Below, one piece after another: positions 50,303 to 60,246 of a stretch of 64,000 nt of DNA. Made by a program: the position numbers and the translations under genes. The notes under the pieces are model-generated. The model had not been told where the DNA came from. It did not search any database and saw only the letters and a program-made list of their open reading frames with translations. The stretch lies in contig JAXHVD010000008.1 of assembly GCA_034189385.1 (NCBI GenBank), positions 1 to 64,000 of the forward strand, read 5' to 3'. Source of the DNA: Thermodesulfobacteriota bacterium (GTDB lineage: Bacteria > Desulfobacterota > Desulfobacteria > Desulfobacterales > C00003060). Position 1 is the stretch's first letter. Every line of letters begins with the position of its first letter.

Positions 50303-51536
50303 GGGGCATCTCTCCTACTGGGGTTGTGCCTTGTGGTGTTCTTAGGTCTTTGCCCCAAAGGCGCACAAGGAGGGTAAAGGCCAAGGGGACGGTAATGGCC
50401 GTGAATGACGCCGCCGATACGAGAGCGGTGAAGAGGTGCCCATTGATCAGGTGGGCATGGAAAAGCAACTGGGCGACAATGATTTCCGTGGTGAGACGGG
50501 CATCGAGGCCAATGCCGATGGCCCAGGCCTCCTTGGCCGTGAGCCGCTTCATGGGCACCATGAGCAAGACGCCACCAAGTTTGCCTATGGTCCCTGCAAG
50601 ATACAAGAGGACAGCCAGGGCAGGTTCTCTCAACAAACCTTCCAAGTCGGCATTGAGTCCGACCCAGAAAAAAAAGAGGGGTCCCAGAAAACCATAGCTT
50701 ACCGATTGTATGGTCTGCATGACCTCCTCGCCCACCATACCCATGTCATTGAATGCCGGACGCATCAACACCCCGGCAGTGATGGCCCCCACGACCATGC
50801 CGAGATTGCCCTGTTCCGATAGACCCCCAAAACCAAGGAGCAGAACCATGGAAAGCAGCATCAGGTTGCGGGGCCGGCGGGGCAGCCAGGCGGCAAGGAA
50901 AGCGACAAGCCAGCGGTAACCGAGCCAGGCAAGGAGGACGAATACCAGGGCTCCCACAAGGAGTCCGGCGATGTTTCCGCCCACATCACCTGCCTTTTCA
51001 CCGATCCAGACCGATACGAGGGCAACCAGAAAGACTTCGATGACATCATCCAGCACGCCGGCGCCGATGATAAACTCGCCCACACGGGTGCGGATGAGTT
51101 CAAATTCGTCCAGGATAGGAACGATGACCGCCTCAGCCGTGGGCATACGCGTCAGGCCGATAATAAAAGCGAGAAGCCATCCGTAACCCAGCAGGAGCAT
51201 GACCGCCATGCCCATGAGGAATGGTACCGTGGTGTTCAATACGGTGAGCCAGATGATGTCTCCACTCTGATCCCGCATCTCTTTCAAGTCGATCTGAAGC
51301 CCAATAAAAAAAAGGAGAAACAGCACGCCAAGATCAGCCAAAAACGAGAGAGGCCCGTGGAGAGCCGGGGAGAGCAGACGCTCCCCGAGGGGCACATAAC
51401 GCACCGCCATGGCCACGAACAAGGCGGCAAGAATGCCGGGGATGCGTCTCCGCTCCAGGACTCCGGCCAGCAGATAGGTGGAAGCGAAAAAAAAGGCCAA
51501 ATCCAATAGAAGTTGGCCAACGTGGATGTCAGTCAT
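50292..51536 (-). CDS. CPA2-type cation:proton antiporter
   Basis: Many TM helices; LGVLFLLF.IGL, GAGVLDDV and FF..VG. Confidence 0.88.
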   Translation of the reverse strand: MTDIHVGQLLLDLAFFFASTYLLAGVLERRRIPGILAALFVAMAVRYVPLGERLLSPALHGPLSFLADLGVLFLLFFIGLQIDLKEMRDQSGDIIWLTVLNTTVPFLMGMAVMLLLGYGWLLAFIIGLTRMPTAEAVIVPILDEFELIRTRVGEFIIGAGVLDDVIEVFLVALVSVWIGEKAGDVGGNIAGLLVGALVFVLLAWLGYRWLVAFLAAWLPRRPRNLMLLSMVLLLGFGGLSEQGNLGMVVGAITAGVLMRPAFNDMGMVGEEVMQTIQSVSYGFLGPLFFFWVGLNADLEGLLREPALAVLLYLAGTIGKLGGVLLMVPMKRLTAKEAWAIGIGLDARLTTEIIVAQLLFHAHLINGHLFTALVSAASFTAITVPLAFTLLVRLWGKDLRTPQGTTPVGEMPHVS

Positions 51537-51802
51537 GAGATCTTCCTACAAGCTGCACTTCCGGACATAGGGTCTTCCCCGGTGCTTTTCTCCTTTGCCG
51601 CAGCCGGGGCGTTGCCTTCAAAAGACTTTTTTGCGAAACCGTCACGCTTGATGTTTTTTCACGGTACAGAAAAAGGGGAAGGTTAGAGAAAACCGTCCCC
51701 CCTTTTCGAGAGAGATCCTCGTCGAGGCACAGGGGTCCCCTTTCGCATTGGGCGCGGCACACCCAAGCAGTGCCCTTGAGGAGTGATACTCTCAGTACCG
51801 GG

Positions 51803-52252
51803 CTATTCAGCCTTAACGTGGATCTTCTTTGCTTCAGCCTCTTTGGTCTTGGGCAGACTGATCTTTAGCACGCCATCCTTATAGGTGGCCTTCACCTTAG
51901 TGGCATCCACCTCGGCAGGGAGTCGGATCAATCGGGAGAATGCCCCATAGCTCCGCTCTACTCGATGGAAATCTTCGCCCTTCTCTTCGTGTTCGTTCTT
52001 GCGTTCTCCCTTGAGCGTCAAGACATTGCCTTGCACGGATAGGTCGATCGCCTTGGGGTCGATGCCCGGAATTTCCGCCCTTACGATGACTTCTTTCCCG
52101 CTTTCAGAGACATCGACAGAGGGCGTCCACTGGCCCTCACCAACAAAGGCGCTAAATGGCCATCCCTCAAAGAACCGGTCAAAGAGCAGGTCCATCTCTC
52201 GTCTAAAGTTCGTCATGTCTCTTTGCGAACTCCATGGTGTGAGACTATTCAT
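51803..52252 (-). CDS. Hsp20/alpha-crystallin small heat shock protein
   Basis: PSVDVSE, AEIPG, ERSYG.F.R...LP and A.YKDGVL...LPK. Confidence 0.95.
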   Translation of the reverse strand: MNSLTPWSSQRDMTNFRREMDLLFDRFFEGWPFSAFVGEGQWTPSVDVSESGKEVIVRAEIPGIDPKAIDLSVQGNVLTLKGERKNEHEEKGEDFHRVERSYGAFSRLIRLPAEVDATKVKATYKDGVLKISLPKTKEAEAKKIHVKAE

Positions 52253-52318
52253 CTTCTCTCTCCTTTCTCAATGGTGTCTTAGGGTACCCTGCTGTAAGAC
52301 AGCTATGAGAGAAGGATG

Positions 52319-52455
52319 GCAAGGGGCGTGCCAACAGAGGCGACGGTGCTGGGTGTGGCTAACTTCCTTAGAACAATATCTATTATGGAGCCTGTCGGGA
52401 GTACTCACAGGGGGGTGAGGAAGGAATCATGTCAGCATTTTTTACAGGGTGTAAA
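52319..52455 (-). promoter_or_regulatory. sigma54 promoter plus enhancer (hsp20 unit)
   Basis: TGGCACGCCCCTTGC 52319-52333; TGTCAGCATTTTTTACAGGGTGTAAA 52430-52455. Confidence 0.82.
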
Positions 52456-52506
52456 ACGCTCTGCTTTACAGATGGGGGATTGTCGTCCAGCTAGGGGAGT
52501 GGACGC

Positions 52507-52815
52507 TCAGGGCACAGCGACCGTGAGAAAGGTCTTCTTGCGTTGTAGTTCTATCTGTTTGGCATTCTTGCCTGTGAATACCAAGTTCACGCCCTTGCCC
52601 TTTAGCGCATAGACGTTATTCTGAAAGGTATCCTGGCCGAAGGGATAGATATGCCTTAGCCCTGTGGTGTGGATAAAGACTTTTTCTGAGCCGTTGCATT
52701 TTTCTTTAAGAACGTTGAGGAGTTCACATGCTGAAGTGCCATCGAAATCACCTGCAAGTCTAAGCTCCAGATGGCCCTTCTTTCGACGAGGTGAGACTCT
52801 GAAATTTGTGGCCAT
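52507..52815 (-). CDS. Small STAS-like hypothetical protein
   Basis: L.L.GDFDG.SA.EL pattern; AGGAGG RBS. Confidence 0.65.
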   Translation of the reverse strand: MATNFRVSPRRKKGHLELRLAGDFDGTSACELLNVLKEKCNGSEKVFIHTTGLRHIYPFGQDTFQNNVYALKGKGVNLVFTGKNAKQIELQRKKTFLTVAVP

Positions 52816-52967
52816 GACTACCCTCCTGTCTTTGGTTTGATCTACAAGGGGGGCGGCGCCGTCACAGACACTCATCGTGCCTGGCGGGACCTCTACAGGG
52901 AACATGGCCCGTCGCCCTTCGAAAGGCAGCCGGTAGTAAGTTCGGCGCAACGAGTCGGTTCTTCCCG

Positions 52968-53351
52968 CTATTTCGCTGTTGAAGTGGCCCTTGTTTCAGC
53001 ATCTTTGGCCATTTCTGTCTTGCGTCGTTTCTTCTTTCTGCCCTCTTTGTGCCATTTCAGCCTCAGGTCATTTTCCTTTTCCCATGCCCGGTTCTGTGTA
53101 CTGACCATCTCGTCCCTATACTTTTTGCCAATCTCCCAGCACTCCAGGCAATACATCCCCTTGTGTGAATCCACCCACGGTTCTTTGTGAAACCGCCTGT
53201 GTCCGCTGCACACCAGCCTGCCGCAAGCATCGCATTCCATAATGGGGGTAACGCCCTTATTGCTCTTGTTGTGTGTTGTGCAGTAACTGCAGAAGTCACA
53301 ACAATACTCCAGAGTGACAGTACCATCGGGGTTTTCATGCTCTCTAATCAT
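52968..53351 (-). CDS. Cys/His-rich putative zinc-finger protein
   Basis: CDFC, CDAC...C..H and CLEC; GGAGG RBS. Confidence 0.6.
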   Translation of the reverse strand: MIREHENPDGTVTLEYCCDFCSYCTTHNKSNKGVTPIMECDACGRLVCSGHRRFHKEPWVDSHKGMYCLECWEIGKKYRDEMVSTQNRAWEKENDLRLKWHKEGRKKKRRKTEMAKDAETRATSTAK

Positions 53352-53488
53352 AAGCCCCTCCCCACAAAAATCGTGATGATTGGTTGGCCTTCGTCTTTCT
53401 GCCGCGATCCGGAAAACAGACCCAATTCCTTCATATTAAAGAATGATAATGGCACAGAGAGTCTTTGCCGGTAGCTGTTCATCTTGAT

Positions 53489-53914
53489 TCAAAGCCCATG
53501 ATCTCCAGCAACACCCTGGACGAACGGCTGCGCCTTTGGCACCATGTTCGAATTTCGCTCAGGTCCCAGGAGATATGCTATCTTCCGCTTCAATTTGCCC
53601 AGAAACATGCTCTTTATCACGTAGCCGTCGGCTTCAGATATCCTCGGGTCCTCTCTGTAGCTGTCATAAGCCGTAAATATGATGACCGGTAGTCCAGGAT
53701 ATTGGTCCTTGATCTCGTGCAAGACGGAAACGCCGTCGTGCCCGTCCAGACAGAAATCCAAAAGGATCAAGTCGGGTGGCCAAAACCTCAAATAACCACG
53801 GACTGACTCCGCATCGTGTGCGGTTTGAACTCTATATCCCTCAGCGATCAGTTCCTCAGAAAGGAATGCTCGAATGCAGGCCTGATCATCCACAATGAGT
53901 ATTCTTGCCATCAT
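53489..53914 (-). CDS. Single-domain response regulator
   Basis: ILIVDD, PDLILLD, PVIIFTAY and YVIK. Confidence 0.88.
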   Translation of the reverse strand: MMARILIVDDQACIRAFLSEELIAEGYRVQTAHDAESVRGYLRFWPPDLILLDFCLDGHDGVSVLHEIKDQYPGLPVIIFTAYDSYREDPRISEADGYVIKSMFLGKLKRKIAYLLGPERNSNMVPKAQPFVQGVAGDHGL

Positions 53915-54093
53915 GCCCTTCCTATCGTGGTAGTGCGAAACTGTTTGGATGAAGAATGGGACTCGGATTGCTGAAAGGGTTTGTCCTCCTTGCAAACCAT
54001 CTCGATCTGGCATTCAGGAAAGAGCCTCTTGAGCCATCCCCCTAGGGCCTCATTCGGTGTTGCCCCGCTGGTAAGTATCACAGTCCTGTCCAT
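53911..54093 (-). CDS. Small hypothetical protein
   Basis: 60 aa, ATGA-coupled to the response regulator, first ORF after a sigma54 promoter. Confidence 0.5.
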   Translation of the reverse strand: MDRTVILTSGATPNEALGGWLKRLFPECQIEMVCKEDKPFQQSESHSSSKQFRTTTIGRA

Positions 54094-54277
54094 GGTCTGC
54101 TTCTCGCCTTTTGCGGCTTGTGCATTTGTTCGGTGTGTGTTGTTTGCCCCGAAGCTTCTTCAGCGGATTTGGCCCAACTTGAGGCTTATTGGGACAAGGA
54201 TCCAGGCTATCTCCGAGGTCAATAGAATAGGGGCTCCTATGACGCCTGAATGCAAGCCAACTATGTAAAGAAAAACA

Positions 54278-54415
54278 GCAAGGACTGTGCCAACCCTCCA
54301 ATATGGGGCGTTGGTAGGCCAAGAAGCTGAAAATAGGAATAATTCTGTGAGGTGGGCCGATTCTTTCACCTCGTGTTTTGACGAGAGGCTGTCAGCATTC
54401 TTTACACATTGTAAA
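54278..54415 (-). promoter_or_regulatory. sigma54 promoter plus enhancer
   Basis: TGGCACAGTCCTTGC 54278-54292; TGTCAGCATTCTTTACACATTGTAAA 54390-54415. Confidence 0.82.
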
Positions 54416-54444
54416 GGGTGGTTTTACGGTAACAAGGATGGGGA

Positions 54445-56067
54445 TTACAGGCGATTTTGTCCAACGGCCTGGGCAGTTTGTCTGGGCACCAGAAGATTGT
54501 CCTGGGAGAGTATCTCCTGTAACGCCCCTTCCAAAGACCCTTCCGTATCAATACGGATGTGAACATCATCAGGCACCTCGTCCAAGGGCTCAAAGAGGGC
54601 TTTCATCTTGTCAAAGTGGTGAAGCCGGGCGTCAGATACGGAAGCTGTCTTTTCCCTTTGAATAAGGCGTTCTTTGAGAACGGCTTCCGAAGAGATGCAC
54701 TCTACAAACATCACGTTAGCGTCGGCATCATTTGCCAGCCGAAGCACTTCGCGACGCTGGTGAAGGCTGGCGTATGTTGCATCCAGAATCACAGAGCGAC
54801 CGTTTTCAAGCTCTTCCTGGGCCAGGAGGAGGAGCTTGCCATATGTGAGCGAAGTGGCCTCTTTTGAGTAGAGCCCTGCTTCAAAAGGAAGATCCCTCTG
54901 CTCTTGGGGGTGCAGACCGAAGAGTGCCTTGCGAACCCTATCTGATGAAAAGGCATTGATATCCAGAGACTTGCCCAGGTCTTTGGCAATGGTACTCTTG
55001 CCCGAAGCTGGCATGCCGCAAATGACCCACAGGGTAGGGCGGGTAAACTGGACGGCATATTGATAGGCAAGGTCCGTGTATCGTCTGGTGTCCTTAAGGA
55101 GTCGGCCTCTTTCCTTCTTGGTGATATCCTTTTGCTGGAGGCGGAGACAATTTACCTTTATGCGCACAGAGGCCCTATAGCACTTATAGAAATCAAGGAG
55201 CGCAAACACGTCATGGTCTTGTGTGTCGCTAACGTACGCCTGGAGCAGGTCCTGGGCACTCCGTGGGTGGCCCTCGTAATCCAGGTCCATGGCCAGGAAG
55301 GCCAGGTCGGACGTGATATCTCCGTATCTAAATCGCTCATTGAATTCGATGCAGTCAACGATCTGAATGCCGTCTTCGAAATAGATATGCCCGGATCTCA
55401 AGTCGCCATGGCAATCACGGATCTTTTCCTTTTCCATGCGACGCTCGAAGAGCTCCTTCCGTCTTCTCAAAAAGGATCGCGTGGCAGCGCGCACAATCTG
55501 AAACAGGCGCTCATCTATGATGGTTCCCGAAAACGGTTCCGTTTGTCTGAAGTTTTCTTCGCAATTGGCCCGAACTGTTTTCCATGACCCAAAAGCGGTG
55601 ATGTCGCCCCCAGTGAGGGCTTGATCATAGAACCGGACAAGCGTGCGGGCCAGGGCCCGCAGTTTCCCCTTGTCGATCTTTCCTGCCTCCAACAGACGAA
55701 TCATGGAAGACTCCTGGAGGAGCTGGCGCATCTTCACGCAATACTCCACGGGGCGGCCGGGCCCTGCCATGAAATAGCGTCCGTCTTTTTGGGTGATGGG
55801 AACAACGCCAAGGTATACGTTTTGGGTGAGACGCCGATTGAGTGCCACCTCCTGGTGGCAAAAATATCTCCTCTTTTCGAGCGTGGTGTAGTCCAGAAAT
55901 TCCAGATCAATGGCCTTCTTTATCTTGTAGACAAAAGGCCCTGTCAAAAAGACCTTGGAAATATGCGTGTCACGTTGCTGAAGAAGCGTTACGGGGTGAG
56001 GATAAAAATCAGCCCGTTCCATGGCCTGAAAGATGTCCTTTTGTCTCGCCGTAGCCGCGCTTGTCAT
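54445..56067 (-). CDS. Bifunctional APH-like kinase / P-loop (AAA_33) protein
   Basis: THIS.VFLTG, CHGDL, DCIEFNERFR..D, GMPASGKST, VILDAT and SDA. Confidence 0.92.
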   Translation of the reverse strand: MTSAATARQKDIFQAMERADFYPHPVTLLQQRDTHISKVFLTGPFVYKIKKAIDLEFLDYTTLEKRRYFCHQEVALNRRLTQNVYLGVVPITQKDGRYFMAGPGRPVEYCVKMRQLLQESSMIRLLEAGKIDKGKLRALARTLVRFYDQALTGGDITAFGSWKTVRANCEENFRQTEPFSGTIIDERLFQIVRAATRSFLRRRKELFERRMEKEKIRDCHGDLRSGHIYFEDGIQIVDCIEFNERFRYGDITSDLAFLAMDLDYEGHPRSAQDLLQAYVSDTQDHDVFALLDFYKCYRASVRIKVNCLRLQQKDITKKERGRLLKDTRRYTDLAYQYAVQFTRPTLWVICGMPASGKSTIAKDLGKSLDINAFSSDRVRKALFGLHPQEQRDLPFEAGLYSKEATSLTYGKLLLLAQEELENGRSVILDATYASLHQRREVLRLANDADANVMFVECISSEAVLKERLIQREKTASVSDARLHHFDKMKALFEPLDEVPDDVHIRIDTEGSLEGALQEILSQDNLLVPRQTAQAVGQNRL

Positions 56068-56224
56068 CGGTTCTCAGCAAGGACCCTTAAATGGTGTCTC
56101 CTTGTTTCCACGATACCGCCACCGGTTGTTGAGCCCACCCTGCCTCTTTCATCGTCGTAGGCAAGGGTAACAAGACTGACAGGGACGGGGGAAGCATCCC
56201 TGTGGCCATGGCAAGGCGCTTTTC

Positions 56225-56734
56225 CTATCCTGGAAGGGCTGTGATGAGGGTGGGTGTTCTAACCATTTCATAGACTTGCCTCTTGGCGATTTTGTATCTT
56301 TCAAAATAGCGTTGTGCAATGGAAAACATCACATTATATCCTAACCTGGGGTCATTGCGGCAGAGCTCAAACAACGGGACGGACTCTATGGCCATGACCT
56401 CGGAGTTCTCCAAGCACACAGCCGTTATGGGGTACTCTGGCGCCCTTAGCAAGGAGGCGGCTCCAAAAAGCTTGCCAGGATCACATGTCTCATAGGAAAT
56501 ACCTACCACATCTCCTGGACCGATATCTCGCAGGCTCACTAGGCCCTTGCTTACAAAAAAGACGTGAGTGGCCCTGTCGCCCCGATCATATACGTGTGTG
56601 TGCCGTCTATGAACCCTTTTCTCGGCACTTTTTGCCAGTTCTGATAATTGGTTATCTGAGAACGAATCAAACACTTGGCACTCTCTAAGATCGATGCCCT
56701 CTATCATCCTATTCCTCCCTTCGAACATGACCAT
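56225..56734 (-). CDS. Cyclic-nucleotide-binding domain protein (no HTH)
   Basis: F..FS..QL, GD.A..FFV.KG.V, PG.LFG and TA.C.E. Confidence 0.8.
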   Translation of the reverse strand: MVMFEGRNRMIEGIDLRECQVFDSFSDNQLSELAKSAEKRVHRRHTHVYDRGDRATHVFFVSKGLVSLRDIGPGDVVGISYETCDPGKLFGAASLLRAPEYPITAVCLENSEVMAIESVPLFELCRNDPRLGYNVMFSIAQRYFERYKIAKRQVYEMVRTPTLITALPG

Positions 56735-56905
56735 TGACCAAACCCTTTCTTACTCGGCTCTGTGAGCTTTTTGATCCGCCAGGGCACGATCCTTCAGCGC
56801 CGCCCGGTGGTCCCGAAAAGCTGACGATAGCCACTCAAAGGGGGTGTCGTGAGGTCTCGGTATCTCATATGCCACTTGTGCCCACATGGGTTACCCCTGC
56901 AAAGA

Positions 56906-57041
56906 GCAATGGGTATGCCAAGCAAAGAGATCCCTGGTCATCAGTCTAAGATTTTGAAAAGGCGTCACTTTCTAAAGAGTTGGCGGGTTAGGTGACCGAG
57001 AGATGGGGGAAGGACTGTTTGAATTTTTTACAAATTGTAAA
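56906..57041 (-). promoter_or_regulatory. sigma54 promoter plus enhancer
   Basis: TGGCATACCCATTGC 56906-56920; TGTTTGAATTTTTTACAAATTGTAAA 57016-57041. Confidence 0.78.
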
Positions 57042-57200
57042 AGCGTCTGGCCGGAGAGTATGACAAGGTGAACAGCCAGACCCATTTCTGCCTTGGGGAA
57101 TCTGCTGTCTCCATCGGAGACTTCTGGGAGCGCTCAGGTGATAAATCTGGGGGGCAAGGATGGGAAGGGTTTAAGGTGCCTGGACAGGACTCCGTCCTTC

Positions 57201-57494
57201 TTACGAGTCCTGAGGGGCGAACTCGTGATGCCCTCGGAGGCAAGATATGTACTGCTGGGCAAGTTCGATCTCCATGACATGTTCACGAACTTTGTCAATA
57301 GCATCGGATCTATTCACAACACCTGCAGCAAAGGTTTCTTGAACCTGCACCAGCCTGTCCTCAAGCTGCTCGATGCGGCTTCGGAGCTGAGTCACGGCAT
57401 TTTGAGGACATAGTGCCATTAAGTAGTCGGACGGCTGAATCATGGCGGACTTCTGGTGGGTATCGCAACGCATCTTGTAAAGTCTGTTTTGCAT
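57201..57494 (-). CDS. Small helical hypothetical protein
   Basis: 97 aa with coiled-coil character, downstream of a sigma54 promoter. Confidence 0.45.
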   Translation of the reverse strand: MQNRLYKMRCDTHQKSAMIQPSDYLMALCPQNAVTQLRSRIEQLEDRLVQVQETFAAGVVNRSDAIDKVREHVMEIELAQQYISCLRGHHEFAPQDS

Positions 57495-57795
57495 GAAAGC
57501 ACCTTCTATGCCGCTTTGGTTTGGAAGGCCCTGATCGGGGCCCTTTGTCCACGAAAAGTTGCTCTGCTGCCCCCGCCAAGTGCCGTGTGACAACCCTCTA
57601 ATCACCTTTAAAAATGGTCAGGCCTTGTTGCTCCCTTAGGTGTTTCTGTTAAAGACAGAACATACACACAGAAGCAAGGTAAGGTCTGGATGCATCGTGT
57701 GTGTTGTATTAGAGCCATTGGTCCTAATCACGGACACGGCAGGGGCAGCAGCATATCGTGTTTTTCTCCCCTTATCATAATACAATCTACAACAA

Positions 57796-58054
57796 GCACA
57801 GAGCATGCCAACGACGCCACATGAGATCTTCTCCCATAACTCCTTGAAAGCACATGAGTGTTCTCGGGCAAAAACGGGGCTGGATGCTCGCGCGGCCAAA
57901 GGTTCTGTCAGGTTTTTTTACAGCCTGTAAAAAGGGCAACGTACGGGTCTCGTGAATCGCCACAGGGCGTTGTTGTTACAGCGGGAAGATGTGTCCTTTT
58001 ATCAAACAATTAGGCCTGGTTCGCAGCCATGTGTTGCCTTGGCACATCTCTTGC
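57796..58054. promoter_or_regulatory. Divergent sigma54 promoters sharing one enhancer
   Basis: Minus TGGCATGCTCTGTGC 57796-57810; enhancer 57906-57931; plus TGGCACATCTCTTGC 58040-58054. Confidence 0.78.
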
Positions 58055-58138
58055 GGAAAATAATAATATACCATGCTTGTCGCTGCGGAGGCCACAGGCC
58101 AGGACAACAATCGCAGTTCCAATGGAAGGAGAAAGGTT

Positions 58139-58648
58139 ATGGAAATAGCAGAAGTATTAAAAGATGCGAGTCTATTTGCACCTCTATCCAGGGACCAACG
58201 GGACAGGATTGTTGCTCTTGGCAAAATGAAGAACTTCAAGGGATGCGACGTAGTCTTCAAACAAGGACAACCGGCCGATATCTTTTACGTGTTGTTGCAC
58301 GGGTGCCTTCGCCTTACTGTGGAGCACCCGGACGAGCTTGATCTCCTGGCCGAGACCATAGATCACAGGGGCGCCATTTTCGGGATGGCGGCATTGACAA
58401 AGAACGCCAGGTACAACGTGACGGCCACATGCAAAGACAGCGCGGCTGCCTTTGCTGTAGAAGCAAAAGGGCTGAGAGAAATCATAAGACAGGAGCCGAG
58501 TAACGGCCTTGAATCCATGGCTGAGCTGGCTCAGCTTTATTCAAACCGCCTGAACAACGCTCGCGCCACGGTGAACACCATGTGCAGGATCTTCGCGTCA
58601 CAAAGCCATAAGACCGAACTGTCTCACGCTTACTGGGAAGGGGAGTGA
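58139..58648 (+). CDS. Cyclic-nucleotide-binding domain protein (no HTH)
   Basis: LF..LS, VF.QG.PA..FYVL.G, G.IFG..AL and TA.C. Confidence 0.82.
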   Translation: MEIAEVLKDASLFAPLSRDQRDRIVALGKMKNFKGCDVVFKQGQPADIFYVLLHGCLRLTVEHPDELDLLAETIDHRGAIFGMAALTKNARYNVTATCKDSAAAFAVEAKGLREIIRQEPSNGLESMAELAQLYSNRLNNARATVNTMCRIFASQSHKTELSHAYWEGE

Positions 58649-58713
58649 ACCCGGAAAGCGCGTGCATTGCCCGTAGCTCCCTTGCAGGGATCCTCAATCG
58701 CGGGGCCTCCTAC

Positions 58714-60081
58714 TTACTTGAAGTGGAGACGCTTTTCTTTTTCCATGACGTCAATGATTTCATAGAAAATATTGGGAAATTTTCGAGAAATCCTTTCCCA
58801 AGACACGGTCTGGGGGGTCTCGAAGAGCTCATCGCTGGCCTGGTCCGCTGTCTGCGCCATGGTATGCAACAGACCGGAGGCCAGGTAAGGCTCGAAGGCC
58901 TTATGACTTCCCAGCAACGCGCTGAATCGTTCCACGATCCGATAAGGTGATATGAGAAGATCGCCGGCAGAAAGAATGGCGTTTTTGAAAACCTTCTGAA
59001 CCGTGGCCTCTTCAAGGTTCGTGTCATATTCGAGTCCGGAAAAAGCGGCATTGTCCGCATACATCTTAATCAGGCTGCTGGCTACATTGAGGTACGTTAC
59101 TGTAAGATCTCGGATGAAATGATCGGAGATCTCCAATCCCTCTTCAATAACAAGGGCACTCAACAGGGTGGTGACGATGTCAGTTGCCATCTTGTAGAGG
59201 CCCTTTTTCTTGTCCTCTTCTGACAGCGGTTGGTGCTTGTGATCAAAGGGCCCGCGGGAGATCTCCACTTGGGCAATGTTGGTGGCCTTGCGATAGACCT
59301 CGATGAGTGTGAAGATTTCCACACCCCAGTTCGTGGCGAAGTGCATTCGTTTGAGTAAATTGGCTTGAAAAACGACCTCCCCTGAAAGCTGGTAATGGAA
59401 GTTCAAGAGAAAATCTACCAAGCGTAAGACCTTTTCTTGTTTGGTGTCCGTGAATTTACGTTTCAGGGTGATGAGCAAAGGGTCCAGCAAGAGCCTCTTG
59501 ACGCGTCCATACATCCTGCGTTCCTGAAGGCGGGCGTAAAAGGCTTTGGAAAATTGATAGTTCAGGACCTGAACCGGGTAGAAAAGCCGGTCCAGTTGCT
59601 CCCGTCGGAACGTGCGGATGTCGGCGTCAATAAGGCCCACACTCTCGGCACCTAAGGCCATGGCGATGCCAAAGGAAAGGAACATGTTCCGACCCTTTCC
59701 GGGAACATCAAGGCGAAATCCTGCTTGAGACAGGTTCCTGTAGATCGAAGAGAATCCGGGCCCATCATTGTGCTGGATAAAACAGTTTTTAACACCATAG
59801 TGATCAACGAGTCTCATCAGTTCATAGACATCCTCTTCCTTAGCCTGATCTAGGCCGAGAATGATGCGGGAAAGGTAAGAGGCGGTGCGCAGCTGTTTGA
59901 GCATGTTTTCGAAAGTAGCCCGATTTTCGGGATTCGTGTACTCTGATGCCAAAAGGGGAATGATGAGCACAGCCTTCTTCCACTTGGAATGGTCCCTGAG
60001 TTCTGACTTCAGGTCGGGACGGGATCTGGCCAAGAGGTGGAATGTGGCAATCTGTGTATGCTTTTGAGCAAAATTGGACAC
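58714..60081 (-). CDS. Glucosyl-3-phosphoglycerate synthase-like glycosyltransferase
   Basis: PGKGRN, DADI, K.FY.R...YGRV.RL, Y.LSGE, WGVEI..L.EV and DHKHQ. Confidence 0.8.
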   Translation of the reverse strand: MSNFAQKHTQIATFHLLARSRPDLKSELRDHSKWKKAVLIIPLLASEYTNPENRATFENMLKQLRTASYLSRIILGLDQAKEEDVYELMRLVDHYGVKNCFIQHNDGPGFSSIYRNLSQAGFRLDVPGKGRNMFLSFGIAMALGAESVGLIDADIRTFRREQLDRLFYPVQVLNYQFSKAFYARLQERRMYGRVKRLLLDPLLITLKRKFTDTKQEKVLRLVDFLLNFHYQLSGEVVFQANLLKRMHFATNWGVEIFTLIEVYRKATNIAQVEISRGPFDHKHQPLSEEDKKKGLYKMATDIVTTLLSALVIEEGLEISDHFIRDLTVTYLNVASSLIKMYADNAAFSGLEYDTNLEEATVQKVFKNAILSAGDLLISPYRIVERFSALLGSHKAFEPYLASGLLHTMAQTADQASDELFETPQTVSWERISRKFPNIFYEIIDVMEKEKRLHFK

Positions 60082-60246
60082 TTCTATCCCTCCTTTTCAA
60101 TCATGACAGAGCAACAAAGGAAGCGCCTTGACAGGCTCACAAGCAACGAACAAAGGTCTTTTTCGGCAGCACAGTGCAAAAGGGGCCTCTCTTTTGCGTC
60201 GTGGTTTGTCATGAAGCAAAGTGAGGATAAGAAGAGACACTTTTTC

